Positions 1 through 6,879 of a stretch of DNA of 57,489 nt are shown here, in pieces. The DNA lies in IMG/VR virus record IMGVR_UViG_3300031839_001226, positions 1-57,489 of that record. One strand, given 5' to 3'. Within the stretch, counting starts at the first letter, position 1; every line of letters begins with the position of its first letter. Below the pieces are notes generated by a model. It was not told the origin of the DNA. It saw nothing but the letters and a program-made list of their open reading frames with translations, and made no database searches. Made by a program: the position numbers and the translations under genes. Source of the stretch: a virus. Taxonomy: Duplodnaviria; Caudoviricetes.

Positions 1-253
1 GCACGAGGCGCAGGAAATTGCTTGGAAGCGGGAAGGCAGCGCTGTATTCAAAGTCTGGCGCCGTCGTGCTTGCGGCAAGCGTCGCGCGCTTGGTAGCACA
101 GTTCCATTGATGCTCCCGAAGGACTTCCTTCAGTACCGGCTCATAGTGCCCATTGGCAAGCCGAGCGGGGCGCGTGCCTTCCTCGATATCGTTGATGATA
201 TCGTCGCCAAGGATGGACAGAGCCGTGTTTGCCACATCTGTTCGTGAGACCAT
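1..253 (-). CDS. Tail tubular protein A / head-tail adaptor (T7 gp11-like), 3'-truncated by window edge
   Basis: Not in the ORF track. Manual translation from ATG 253 (GGAG RBS upstream) gives MVSRTDVANTALSILGDDIINDIEEG...VLREHQWNCATKRATLA...PDFEYSAAFPLPSNFLRL, with the typical 'D-A/C-N-x-AL-x-x-LG', 'H-x-WN' and 'LP-x-x-F/C-LR' motifs; lies downstream of the capsid genes. Confidence 0.8.
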   Translation of the reverse strand, partial: MVSRTDVANTALSILGDDIINDIEEGTRPARLANGHYEPVLKEVLREHQWNCATKRATLAASTTAPDFEYSAAFPLPSNFLRLV

Positions 254-269
254 AGGGACTCCGCCATAG

Positions 270-294
270 AAAAAGGCTGCCCCGGAGAGCAGCC
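270..294 (-). terminator. Rho-independent terminator closing the Cas7-like cassette
   Basis: GGCTGC...GCAGCC stem (275-294) followed by a T-run on the minus strand (AAAAA at 270-274), directly after array 1. Confidence 0.75.
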
Positions 295-300
295 CTTCGT

Positions 301-380
301 GCCTTGTTTAGTGATGCTACGTCAGGTGAAGTGACGTGGAGCCATGCAGCGCAAAGTGCTGTTGCGCGTTGTGTCGCGAT
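301..380 (-). ncRNA. Pentamer-periodic array 1 (putative gapped guide RNA)
   Basis: + strand GCCTT GTTTA GTGAT GCTAC GTCAG GTGAA GTGAC GTGGA GCCAT GCAGC GCAAA GTGCT GTTGC GCGTT GTGTC GCGAT: 16/16 units begin G-Y. Starts right after the stop codon of 383..874. Confidence 0.85.
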
Positions 381-382
381 GA

Positions 383-874
383 TTATACCTTGAATGCTTC
401 CAGCGTCTTCGCGAGAGGCAACTGAGCGCCAGCCTTCGCGACTTGCTCTTCCAGAGACTTCACGCGGCCCGGCGACATGATTGAAGCAATTGCCCCAAAC
501 CCGCTGAGAGCCGCGTTGTGCTTTACCTTCAAGTCGTTTGGAAGCTTGTCGAATTCCTGTACGCACGTCAGACGCTTGACCGCGCGCTTTGCCTTACGGC
601 GGATGCCTTCGCGCGCATGCTCGGCGGTGTTCACCACTTCGATATCGTTCATGCGCTGGTAGCCGACACCACGCACATTGGCGAATGCTACCCCTTCACC
701 CTCCAGCCGATGAAGTGCTGACTGGAGGTTGGAACAGGCGCCTTCCACTTTCCTTCCGAGCAGTTCTGTCATCTGCTGAAACGAAACCACTTCACTCACC
801 GCCACCTTCTTGAGGCGATCGTACAGCATCCTGGTATCGATGCTCATTTCAAAGAGGGTCTTCTTGTCCGTCAT
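383..874 (-). CDS. Accessory protein of the Cas7-like cassette, probable N-terminal winged-helix domain
   Basis: ATG 874 with AAGGA RBS (885-889), 163 aa. Helix-turn-helix then 'FANVRGVGY' wing motif, basic helical C-terminus. The longer ORF-track start runs through the repeat arrays. Confidence 0.7.
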   Translation of the reverse strand: MTDKKTLFEMSIDTRMLYDRLKKVAVSEVVSFQQMTELLGRKVEGACSNLQSALHRLEGEGVAFANVRGVGYQRMNDIEVVNTAEHAREGIRRKAKRAVKRLTCVQEFDKLPNDLKVKHNAALSGFGAIASIMSPGRVKSLEEQVAKAGAQLPLAKTLEAFKV

Positions 875-884
875 CGGTGTTTGA

Positions 885-964
885 TCCTTGTCTTGACCTG
901 TCGCGTCTAGCCCGGCAATGCCCAGCCGAAAGCTGCGGTGCCTAGTAGGGCCGTGGGAAGCGAC
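885..964 (-). ncRNA. Pentamer-periodic array 2 (putative gapped guide RNA)
   Basis: + strand TCCTT GTCTT GACCT GTCGC GTCTA GCCCG GCAAT GCCCA GCCGA AAGCT GCGGT GCCTA GTAGG GCCGT GGGAA GCGAC: G at every 5th base in 14 of 15 units from 890. Confidence 0.8.
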
Positions 965-977
965 AAATGAAAATGAT

Positions 978-1055
978 GGAACCTTGTCTTGCTTTGCCTC
1001 GCACGGTGTTGTCATGCCGTGTGGTGCGAAGCCGAGCCGGGTCGAGCCGAACTCG
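978..1055 (-). ncRNA. Pentamer-periodic array 3 (putative gapped guide RNA)
   Basis: + strand from 981: ACCTT GTCTT GCTTT GCCTC GCACG GTGTT GTCAT GCCGT GTGGT GCGAA GCCGA GCCGG GTCGA GCCGA ACTCG: 15/15 begin R-Y, 13 consecutive G-Y. Confidence 0.85.
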
Positions 1056-1060
1056 ATATA

Positions 1061-1636
1061 CTACGCGGCCATCTGCTGCTCGGACCAGTTCACCCGGTCA
1101 ACAGCATAACGACCATAAAAGCCACCATTCTCAGGACGGAACCGCCCGATACCGATGAAATTTCCAGCCTCCTTCAAGTGAGCCTCAAACACGTCCGGCG
1201 TGATCGTTTCGTCCAGAATGTAGAACGTCACGTCGCCAGACCATTCACGGATGACGGGGAACTTGCGCTTCACGCGCTTGCCGCCGCCAGCCTTGCCGTC
1301 CGATGGGACAAAGAACACTTCGCCCGGAACGTTTTCCTTCTTGTCCGGCAGGATCAGCCCGTCAGTGACGAGGACGCCGGCCTTGAAGTGTTTCGTGTAA
1401 GTCGCCTTGCCTCGACCCTTGATCTGCATCGACAGGAACCGCGCGGCGGTCTCCAGCGATTTCTTGAACGCCATCGGCGGGATAAACACGTGCCCGTCGT
1501 CGGTTGTGCTCAGGCGTTCCGCCCAAGTCCTCATTTCGTAGTCGTCAGCCGCTTCCTTCTCGCGCTTCGGCGTGTCGTGATAGCGGGACTGCGAATACGG
1601 AGCTACGCTCCGGAGCGATGCAACTGCAATTCTCAT
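1061..1636 (-). CDS. Stand-alone Cas7/RAMP-superfamily-like protein (Vipr-like)
   Basis: ATG 1636 with GGAAGGA RBS, 191 aa. N-terminal strand 'IAVASLRSVAPY', 'GHVFIPPMAFKKSL' (cf. Cas7/Csm3 IPGSSxKG motif), C-terminal Gly-rich loop 'GNFIGIGRFRPENGGFYGRY'. Confidence 0.75.
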   Translation of the reverse strand: MRIAVASLRSVAPYSQSRYHDTPKREKEAADDYEMRTWAERLSTTDDGHVFIPPMAFKKSLETAARFLSMQIKGRGKATYTKHFKAGVLVTDGLILPDKKENVPGEVFFVPSDGKAGGGKRVKRKFPVIREWSGDVTFYILDETITPDVFEAHLKEAGNFIGIGRFRPENGGFYGRYAVDRVNWSEQQMAA

Positions 1637-1656
1637 AAGCAACTGTCCTTCCGTTA

Positions 1657-1739
1657 GGAACCATGTCTTGCCAAGCTACGCGCGGACGTGAGTTGTCGTG
1701 CCCTTTCACGCGTTGTCGTGCTTCGATGGAAGCAGTTGC
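1657..1739 (-). ncRNA. Pentamer-periodic array 4 (putative gapped guide RNA, in the 5' leader)
   Basis: + strand from 1660: ACCAT GTCTT GCCAA GCTAC GCGCG GACGT GAGTT GTCGT GCCCT TTCAC GCGTT GTCGT GCTTC GATGG AAGCA GTTGC. Same GGAACCWTGTCTTGC end as array 3. Confidence 0.8.
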
Positions 1740-1791
1740 TTTATCTTCCTTTTTGTGCGAGTTTGCAAGAGGTTTCGATAGTTTTTTTATC

Positions 1792-1845
1792 ATGGACGAT
1801 ATGGAAATCTACGGAACGTAGTGGAACACAACGGACAAGGACGGA
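1792..1845 (+). repeat. 10-bp-phased RYGGA repeats upstream of the XRE gene
   Basis: ATGGA 1801, ACGGA 1811, GTGGA 1821, ACGGA 1831, ACGGA 1841 (plus ATGGA 1792). Confidence 0.6.
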
Positions 1846-1848
1846 AAG

Positions 1849-2139
1849 ATGTCATTGGCGCTTGCCCCGACATACAAACCTGTGGAAATTGCGCCTGTGT
1901 TGACAGGTTCTCAGATTCGAGCGGCCCGCGCGCTCCTCAAATGGTCAGGCCAAGACCTGGCTGCCCGTTGTGGCGTCTCGTATCCCGCGATCCAGCGCGC
2001 TGAGAAGGCCGACGATATGCCGAACATGCAGGCGCGGAACCTTGCCGCAATCAAAGCCGCGCTAGAACGCGGCGGCGTACAATTTCTGGACGGCCCATAT
2101 TCCGGTGATGGCGGGCCAGGAGTCAGGCTTCGCGGCTAG
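1849..2139 (+). CDS. XRE-family HTH transcriptional regulator
   Basis: 'QIRAARALLKWSGQDLAARCGVSYPAIQRAE...ALERGGVQF...GPGVRL', a typical alphaproteobacterial XRE; divergent from the Cas7-like gene. Confidence 0.85.
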   Translation: MSLALAPTYKPVEIAPVLTGSQIRAARALLKWSGQDLAARCGVSYPAIQRAEKADDMPNMQARNLAAIKAALERGGVQFLDGPYSGDGGPGVRLRG

Positions 2140-2311
2140 CCGCGCTGAACTCCTTACCGACAGCAATCAGTTTGTCCCGTGCCCGTTTAAGGTTCGCTAA
2201 TTCCTCTTCCATGTTCTCAATGTCGTCACATATGCGTGTGAGCTTCTTCTGCATGATGAGCCGGATACAGGACCGCCAGTCATCCACATTGAGAAAATCG
2301 AAGTCAGTCAT
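2123..2311 (-). CDS. Hypothetical coiled-coil protein
   Basis: 62-aa ORF in late-operon orientation, GAGG RBS. Confidence 0.55.
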   Translation of the reverse strand: MTDFDFLNVDDWRSCIRLIMQKKLTRICDDIENMEEELANLKRARDKLIAVGKEFSAASREA

Positions 2312-2317
2312 GAGCCC

Positions 2318-2992
2318 TCACAGATATTCCGCATAGCATGCTTCCCATGCCTTGCGTCCGATGTGCTTGAACCGCAAAAGCGTGTCCGCGTAGCACTCGC
2401 CGCCGATCGCTCGCCAGCGCCGGCAGAACATGAAATCCTCGCCCCACAGGCTTGGCTCGCATCCTTCATCCGCGACGATCTCGGGAAGGAACAGCGCGCA
2501 GTTTTCCTTGTGGGCCAGACGGTCATCCACATAACGCAAATGCCGGTAGTGTTCGGTCATCTTCTCCGCACAGTTGCGGGAGATATGCAAGAAGCCACCG
2601 GGCAGCATGGCGACCTTCAAGAGCCCGTTATCGTCCGGCTCTTCGCCCTTGATGCGTTTCACGGGAAACCGTATGTCATCCTGCTTTAGAGGATAGACGC
2701 CGCCACAGACATCCTTGCCGTGGCTGACTAGGCGAAGGATCGCGTCATCCTCCCACCATATGTCGTCGTCAAGCATGACGAGATCGGTGCACTCGGAATG
2801 CAGGAAGTCGGCAACGAAGCTATCCCTTGCATGGGAGATCAGCGAGTTGCCGACCGTAAATCTGTACTCGCATTGCCAGCCGACGCGGCGTATTCCGTCC
2901 GCTGCCTGACGAAGGCAATGGAACGTTTCGATGTCAGCCTTTCCAGAGAAAGTCGGGCAGGCGATGTAGATGTTCCGCGCCGGCTGAGCCAC
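2318..2992 (-). CDS. Glycosyltransferase-like protein (GT-A fold)
   Basis: 'IYIACPTF', 'ISHARD', 'LVMLDDD' (DxD), 'GGVYP', 'GEDFMFCRRW', 'HIG' motifs. Confidence 0.7.
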   Translation of the reverse strand: MAQPARNIYIACPTFSGKADIETFHCLRQAADGIRRVGWQCEYRFTVGNSLISHARDSFVADFLHSECTDLVMLDDDIWWEDDAILRLVSHGKDVCGGVYPLKQDDIRFPVKRIKGEEPDDNGLLKVAMLPGGFLHISRNCAEKMTEHYRHLRYVDDRLAHKENCALFLPEIVADEGCEPSLWGEDFMFCRRWRAIGGECYADTLLRFKHIGRKAWEACYAEYL

Positions 2993-2994
2993 TG

Positions 2995-3240
2995 TTACGC
3001 CGCCTGCGTAGCGTGCGGATGATCCGGATACTTCACCCGTTCGTCGTAGTGCGGGATATCGGTGTGCTGCTCATGCTCCAGCTTGCACAGGGCATAGGCG
3101 GTTTCCCACGCCTGATCCGGATTGTCGAACTCACCCCGCTCGGATACGGAACCAGCGCCCGCGCCCTCTTCGACATAGCGCGTGATGATGTAGCGATCCA
3201 CTTTGCGAACGCGGTATTCCAGTTTGGTGATGACACCCAT
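2995..3240 (-). CDS. Hypothetical protein
   Basis: 81-aa ORF with AGGAAG RBS. Confidence 0.6.
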   Translation of the reverse strand: MGVITKLEYRVRKVDRYIITRYVEEGAGAGSVSERGEFDNPDQAWETAYALCKLEHEQHTDIPHYDERVKYPDHPHATQAA

Positions 3241-3307
3241 GGTAGTCTTCCTTTTGGCTTGAAAGCGACGGCCTCAACCGCCTATCCGCACCATGCGGAT
3301 TCCTTGC

Positions 3308-3336
3308 AGAAAGGGGCAGGCCCGAAGACCCGCCCC
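3308..3336 (-). terminator. Rho-independent terminator after capsid genes
   Basis: GGGGCGGGTC-TTCG-GGCCTGCCCC-TTTCT on the minus strand. Confidence 0.7.
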
Positions 3337-3351
3337 ATCCCCCGTCCCCGA

Positions 3352-3858
3352 TCAATCGATCGCGTATTCAATCTCCGCAGTGATCGTGCCGGCGCCGGAC
3401 GAGAGGTGTACGGCTCCTTCGATCACCACCTTGACATCCAGAAGCCCGCCGGGATCGACGGTCTGGCCGTTGACGTATTCCCACAGGCGCTTGCCCCAGT
3501 TGGCCTTGTCAGCAATGAATTCCTTCGTGCCGGCCGTGGAAGCGACGATGCCCGTGTTCAGCGCGTCAGCGTCATCCGTCATGGATTGCTTCGTGCTGGT
3601 CTTGTAGATGCCGATGCCCAGCGCGGCAGTGGTCGCACCCAGCGCATCATGCGCCAGTTTCGAGCCGCCGAAGATGCGGGCATTGGACGGAAGACGCGCC
3701 ATGAGATAGGTGGAGGTCGCGGAGTCGGCAGCGCCGGTTTCCACAGTCTCAACCCACTTGCGCGTGCGGCCACCACCCTCACCGGGGTCGGCAAGGACGG
3801 CAGGCGTGGACGTGAGGCTCGACATGATGCGCGAGCCGTAGCTGGTAACGATAGCCAT
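3352..3858 (-). CDS. Capsid cement/decoration-like virion protein
   Basis: Immediately downstream of the capsid gene, strong AGGAG RBS, beta-rich with 'ARLPSNARI'. Confidence 0.55.
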   Translation of the reverse strand: MAIVTSYGSRIMSSLTSTPAVLADPGEGGGRTRKWVETVETGAADSATSTYLMARLPSNARIFGGSKLAHDALGATTAALGIGIYKTSTKQSMTDDADALNTGIVASTAGTKEFIADKANWGKRLWEYVNGQTVDPGGLLDVKVVIEGAVHLSSGAGTITAEIEYAID

Positions 3859-3882
3859 TGTGGTTCTCCTTTCTGGCTAGGC

Positions 3883-4794
3883 TCAGATGTCAGTCGTCGG
3901 CGAGCCGCCCGGATCGCACTCGATGTATCCGACGCGCTTCTCTTCCATGCGGGTCGCCCCCACGGACATCTTCGCGTAGACCTGAGTTGCGTAGGACTTG
4001 TCGTCTCGCTCGGAGATGCGAGCCATCATGTCCGCGCCGAGAGCGAGAAGCATGCCCGACCTGGTGTAGAACGGCACCTTGTCGTCGCTGTTGCTGTCGA
4101 GGCCGATACGATTGCACGGAACGAGCGTGCAGCCGCCGACCATCGACACCTTGCCCGACACGAGCGGCAGGGCCGCGTTGTAGTCGCCGGACACGACACG
4201 CTCATCTTTGAGCAGAGACGAAATCTGGCGGGCGTTGACGACAACGAAGACTTCCTCGTCGGGGTCAACGTCGTTTGAACCGAGGAGCTTGCGCGCTTCG
4301 ATGAGCTTCGCCAGATTGAGTCCGGTATCGGCGGCGGAGACGCCAGGCCACACGGTCTGCACGTCAACGACCATGTTCGTGTCGAACGCGGTCTGGGTGG
4401 AGCCGCTTTCCCCGGTGTATGCGGTCGCATCGATGGCCGCGAGGATTTCGTCATCGATCGCACGACCGAGGGACATCATCGCAGCTTCGGTGTAGACCGA
4501 GGCCGGGTCGAGAAGCATGCGGATTTTGTCCTGGTCATCGATCAGGTCCGCCCACTCATAGTCGAACACCGACACGCGCCTGCGGGCGTGCGGGGTGTCC
4601 ATGCGAGGCGTGTCGCCATGCCGCGAGGTGCGGCGCTGTGCGGTGACGGCACCGATCTGGTCGAAGAATGCGTTCTTGCCAGTGATGGTCTCGGTGCGGA
4701 CAGTGCCGCGAAGCTTGCTGCCCTTCTGCTGTACGAGGTGGTAGACGTTTGCCTTGTACTGCTCGACAAACGCCGTCGTGATCTGGACAGACAT
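3883..4794 (-). CDS. Major capsid protein
   Basis: 'MSVQITTAFVEQY...VQQKGSKLR', 'DTPHARRRV', 'DKIRML', 'GATRMEEKRV' motifs of podoviral capsid family; synteny. Confidence 0.9.
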   Translation of the reverse strand: MSVQITTAFVEQYKANVYHLVQQKGSKLRGTVRTETITGKNAFFDQIGAVTAQRRTSRHGDTPRMDTPHARRRVSVFDYEWADLIDDQDKIRMLLDPASVYTEAAMMSLGRAIDDEILAAIDATAYTGESGSTQTAFDTNMVVDVQTVWPGVSAADTGLNLAKLIEARKLLGSNDVDPDEEVFVVVNARQISSLLKDERVVSGDYNAALPLVSGKVSMVGGCTLVPCNRIGLDSNSDDKVPFYTRSGMLLALGADMMARISERDDKSYATQVYAKMSVGATRMEEKRVGYIECDPGGSPTTDI

Positions 4795-4930
4795 GTCCTT
4801 ATCCTTTCAACGGTGAATTTTTGGGATGGTTTGTCGAACGTTGTCCGGCGAGCCGGGCGTTACATGCCCAACGTGGGCGGCGGCATGGCTACATGCTTTC
4901 GTGCGGGGCCTTGCGGCTTGTCCGCTAATG

Positions 4931-5119
4931 CTATTGCGTGACGACCTTCGGAGGACGGCCCCGGCGCTTTGGCTGGGGTTGTTCGTCACTCGGTTGGACA
5001 GTCACGAATTTAAGGAACGCTTTGGCGCGTTCGATGATGGCTTTTGCGTCCGGGTCTCTCACTCCATCAGGACGTGCGAGCTTGAGGCATTCGAGGCGGA
5101 TGGTGCTTTCATCCATCAT
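4931..5119 (-). CDS. Hypothetical protein
   Basis: 62-aa ORF, 'IRLECLKLA', overlapping stop/start with the upstream gene. Confidence 0.6.
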   Translation of the reverse strand: MMDESTIRLECLKLARPDGVRDPDAKAIIERAKAFLKFVTVQPSDEQPQPKRRGRPPKVVTQ

Positions 5120-5406
5120 GCAACCCTCCGCACTTTGGCGATGGCATGCAGTATCTTCCTCGGCCCACCCGCTTTGGACAAAAAACTACCCTTGCGTTCG
5201 GATACCTCGAAAACCGCGTCCTCCGTAGCTACACCATGGCGTTCTTCAAGCATCCGAAAAGCAGCATTCGCCGTCTGTATCAGGCTACCCAGAGGGCCCG
5301 ACCTTGCCTCCGCCTCATCAATCCTGCCGCAGGGAACATCAACGCCAGGAGGAAGGAAATCAGCCCACTGATAGGCTTCATCCTTTTCCGGTGCGCCGGC
5401 ATTCAT
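5116..5406 (-). CDS. Hypothetical protein
   Basis: ATGA-coupled in the head operon. Confidence 0.55.
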   Translation of the reverse strand: MNAGAPEKDEAYQWADFLPPGVDVPCGRIDEAEARSGPLGSLIQTANAAFRMLEERHGVATEDAVFEVSERKGSFLSKAGGPRKILHAIAKVRRVA

Positions 5407-6317
5407 CCGCCGAACCTCTGCTGATAGAGCCGCGTCATCTGTTCCGTCAGCCGCTTGTGATCGACATGGCTGGAATCGTGCAGTGCGGCATGATGCTCAC
5501 GGCGGAACGTAGCGATTGTCTCGTCCAGATTGGCGGGCGTGGGTTCCTGTTCCACCTTGTCGCCGACGAGCTGGCTTTCGCCCATGGTCTTCTCCGCAAT
5601 CGTGGCGAATGCCTTCACGAGCGCGGGATGATCGCCAAGCCCGGACTGGTCGAGGAACGCGGCGAATTCCGCACCTCCGTATTCCTTCACAGCCTTATTG
5701 GCGGCGGTCAGCTTCTGGTCGTATGCCCTGCCCCACTCTGACTTGAGTTGAGCGGCTGCGGCTTCCTGTGCAGCGGCGGATTCTTCCGCCTGCTTTGTCT
5801 GGGCCTGCGAGAGGTAGTCCAGTTGCCATTCGCGAAGAGCGCTGGCCTGTCGCTTGTTCAGGCCGAGTTCGTGCGCCTTGGTCGCGAACGTCTTGTCCAC
5901 CTCCTCGGAATATTCCATGCCCTCAGGGAGCTTTTCCGGCTTGGCGAATTCGTATCCCTTCGGATCATCAGGACGGCCGGCCGCTTTCCAGAAGCGATCC
6001 CATGCAGCCTGGTCGCCTTCCTTCGGGACTGGAACCTTGTCGCCGCCCATCATGCGCTCCAGATTGACGTAGGACTTCGATAGCCCTTCCCATGTCTGGA
6101 ACTTGGACAGTGACGGAGAGTTCTTCACGTCTTCCGGCTGCTTTTCCAGCCAGTCCTTGAACTCGAATTCCGTTACCGGAGGCGGAGTGGTTGCCTCGGG
6201 TGTCGGTGTCGTGGCTTGGGTTGTCGTCTCAGCAACGGGTGGCTGCTGTTCGGCCCCTGCGATTGGTGCAGTTGCCGCGTTGTCCGTCGTTTCGACGGGC
6301 GCGGATGCGTCGGTCAA
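5403..6317 (-). CDS. Capsid scaffolding/assembly protein
   Basis: Between portal and capsid; Pro/Thr-rich N-terminus, 'LSKSYVNLERMMG', 'GRPDDPKGY', 'LKSEWG', 'GLGDHPALVKAF'. Confidence 0.75.
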   Translation of the reverse strand: MTDASAPVETTDNAATAPIAGAEQQPPVAETTTQATTPTPEATTPPPVTEFEFKDWLEKQPEDVKNSPSLSKFQTWEGLSKSYVNLERMMGGDKVPVPKEGDQAAWDRFWKAAGRPDDPKGYEFAKPEKLPEGMEYSEEVDKTFATKAHELGLNKRQASALREWQLDYLSQAQTKQAEESAAAQEAAAAQLKSEWGRAYDQKLTAANKAVKEYGGAEFAAFLDQSGLGDHPALVKAFATIAEKTMGESQLVGDKVEQEPTPANLDETIATFRREHHAALHDSSHVDHKRLTEQMTRLYQQRFGG

Positions 6318-6376
6318 GATTGTTTCCTTTCATGGACTGTGGTAGTCTTCATCCCTTCATCAACAAGGGATTTCCC

Positions 6377-6589
6377 GTGCGAAACTCATCGCGTCTGATC
6401 AATTGGATTGCGCATGTGCGCTACGCTGGCAAGGAACCCGTATGGTACGGGAACCTCACGGTCGATGCCGATCTAGGGCTTGAACAGGTCCGCTCATTGA
6501 TGGTCGCTGATATAGAGGCTCACCTTGCCGATGGCTTTGAGATCATCGACCTCAAGCGCGGCCAGGTATGGCTCTCCTTTGACGACTAG
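6377..6589 (+). CDS. Small hypothetical protein inserted antisense in the head operon
   Basis: Fills the gap between two minus-strand genes; likely GTG start with AAGGG RBS. Confidence 0.45.
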   Translation: MRNSSRLINWIAHVRYAGKEPVWYGNLTVDADLGLEQVRSLMVADIEAHLADGFEIIDLKRGQVWLSFDD

Positions 6590-6879
6590 ATATCCGCGCC
6601 TTCCGCCTGTGACGCGACCTGTCTCATGACTTGCGTCTTGAACCTGTGTTCGGGATTGACCGTGAGCGCCACGATCTCATTTCCTACGGATCGCTGACCT
6701 TCGTTGAACAAGGTGATGTTCATGTTCCCGTCAGGCGGCATGGAGTCGCGGAACACATGGCAAAAATCGAGGATGTACCCGAATAGCCGTTCGCCTTCTT
6801 CCGTGCCGGCTACGATCTTGGCGTCAATGGCAGCTTGCCGACGACGCTCTTCCCACTTTGCCTGTTCAGCCTTCGTCAT
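6586..6879 (-). CDS. Bbp19-like protein
   Basis: 'GTEEGER', 'FNEGQRSVG' motif, directly after the portal. Confidence 0.7.
   Translation of the reverse strand: MTKAEQAKWEERRRQAAIDAKIVAGTEEGERLFGYILDFCHVFRDSMPPDGNMNITLFNEGQRSVGNEIVALTVNPEHRFKTQVMRQVASQAEGADI

Noticed and set aside
875-1015. N-terminal extension of the ORF-track call 383..1015
   Set aside because: It runs through arrays 2 and 3; a good RBS and ATG exist at 874
1726-1742. Ungapped concatenation of array 1 dinucleotides (ATGAAAGCAGTTGCATT) matches ATGGAAGCAGTTGCTTT at the cassette 5' end in 15/17 positions
   Set aside because: A match of this size is near chance expectation over all arrays and offsets (a similar GCAGTTGCATT occurs near 49527), and the gapped reading explains the array better
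4040-4170. Partial gapped matches of arrays 2 and 4 to the capsid gene (YTRSGM; LPLVSGK)
   Set aside because: Only about 16/28 bases or fewer match, orientations are inconsistent, and this is expected by chance
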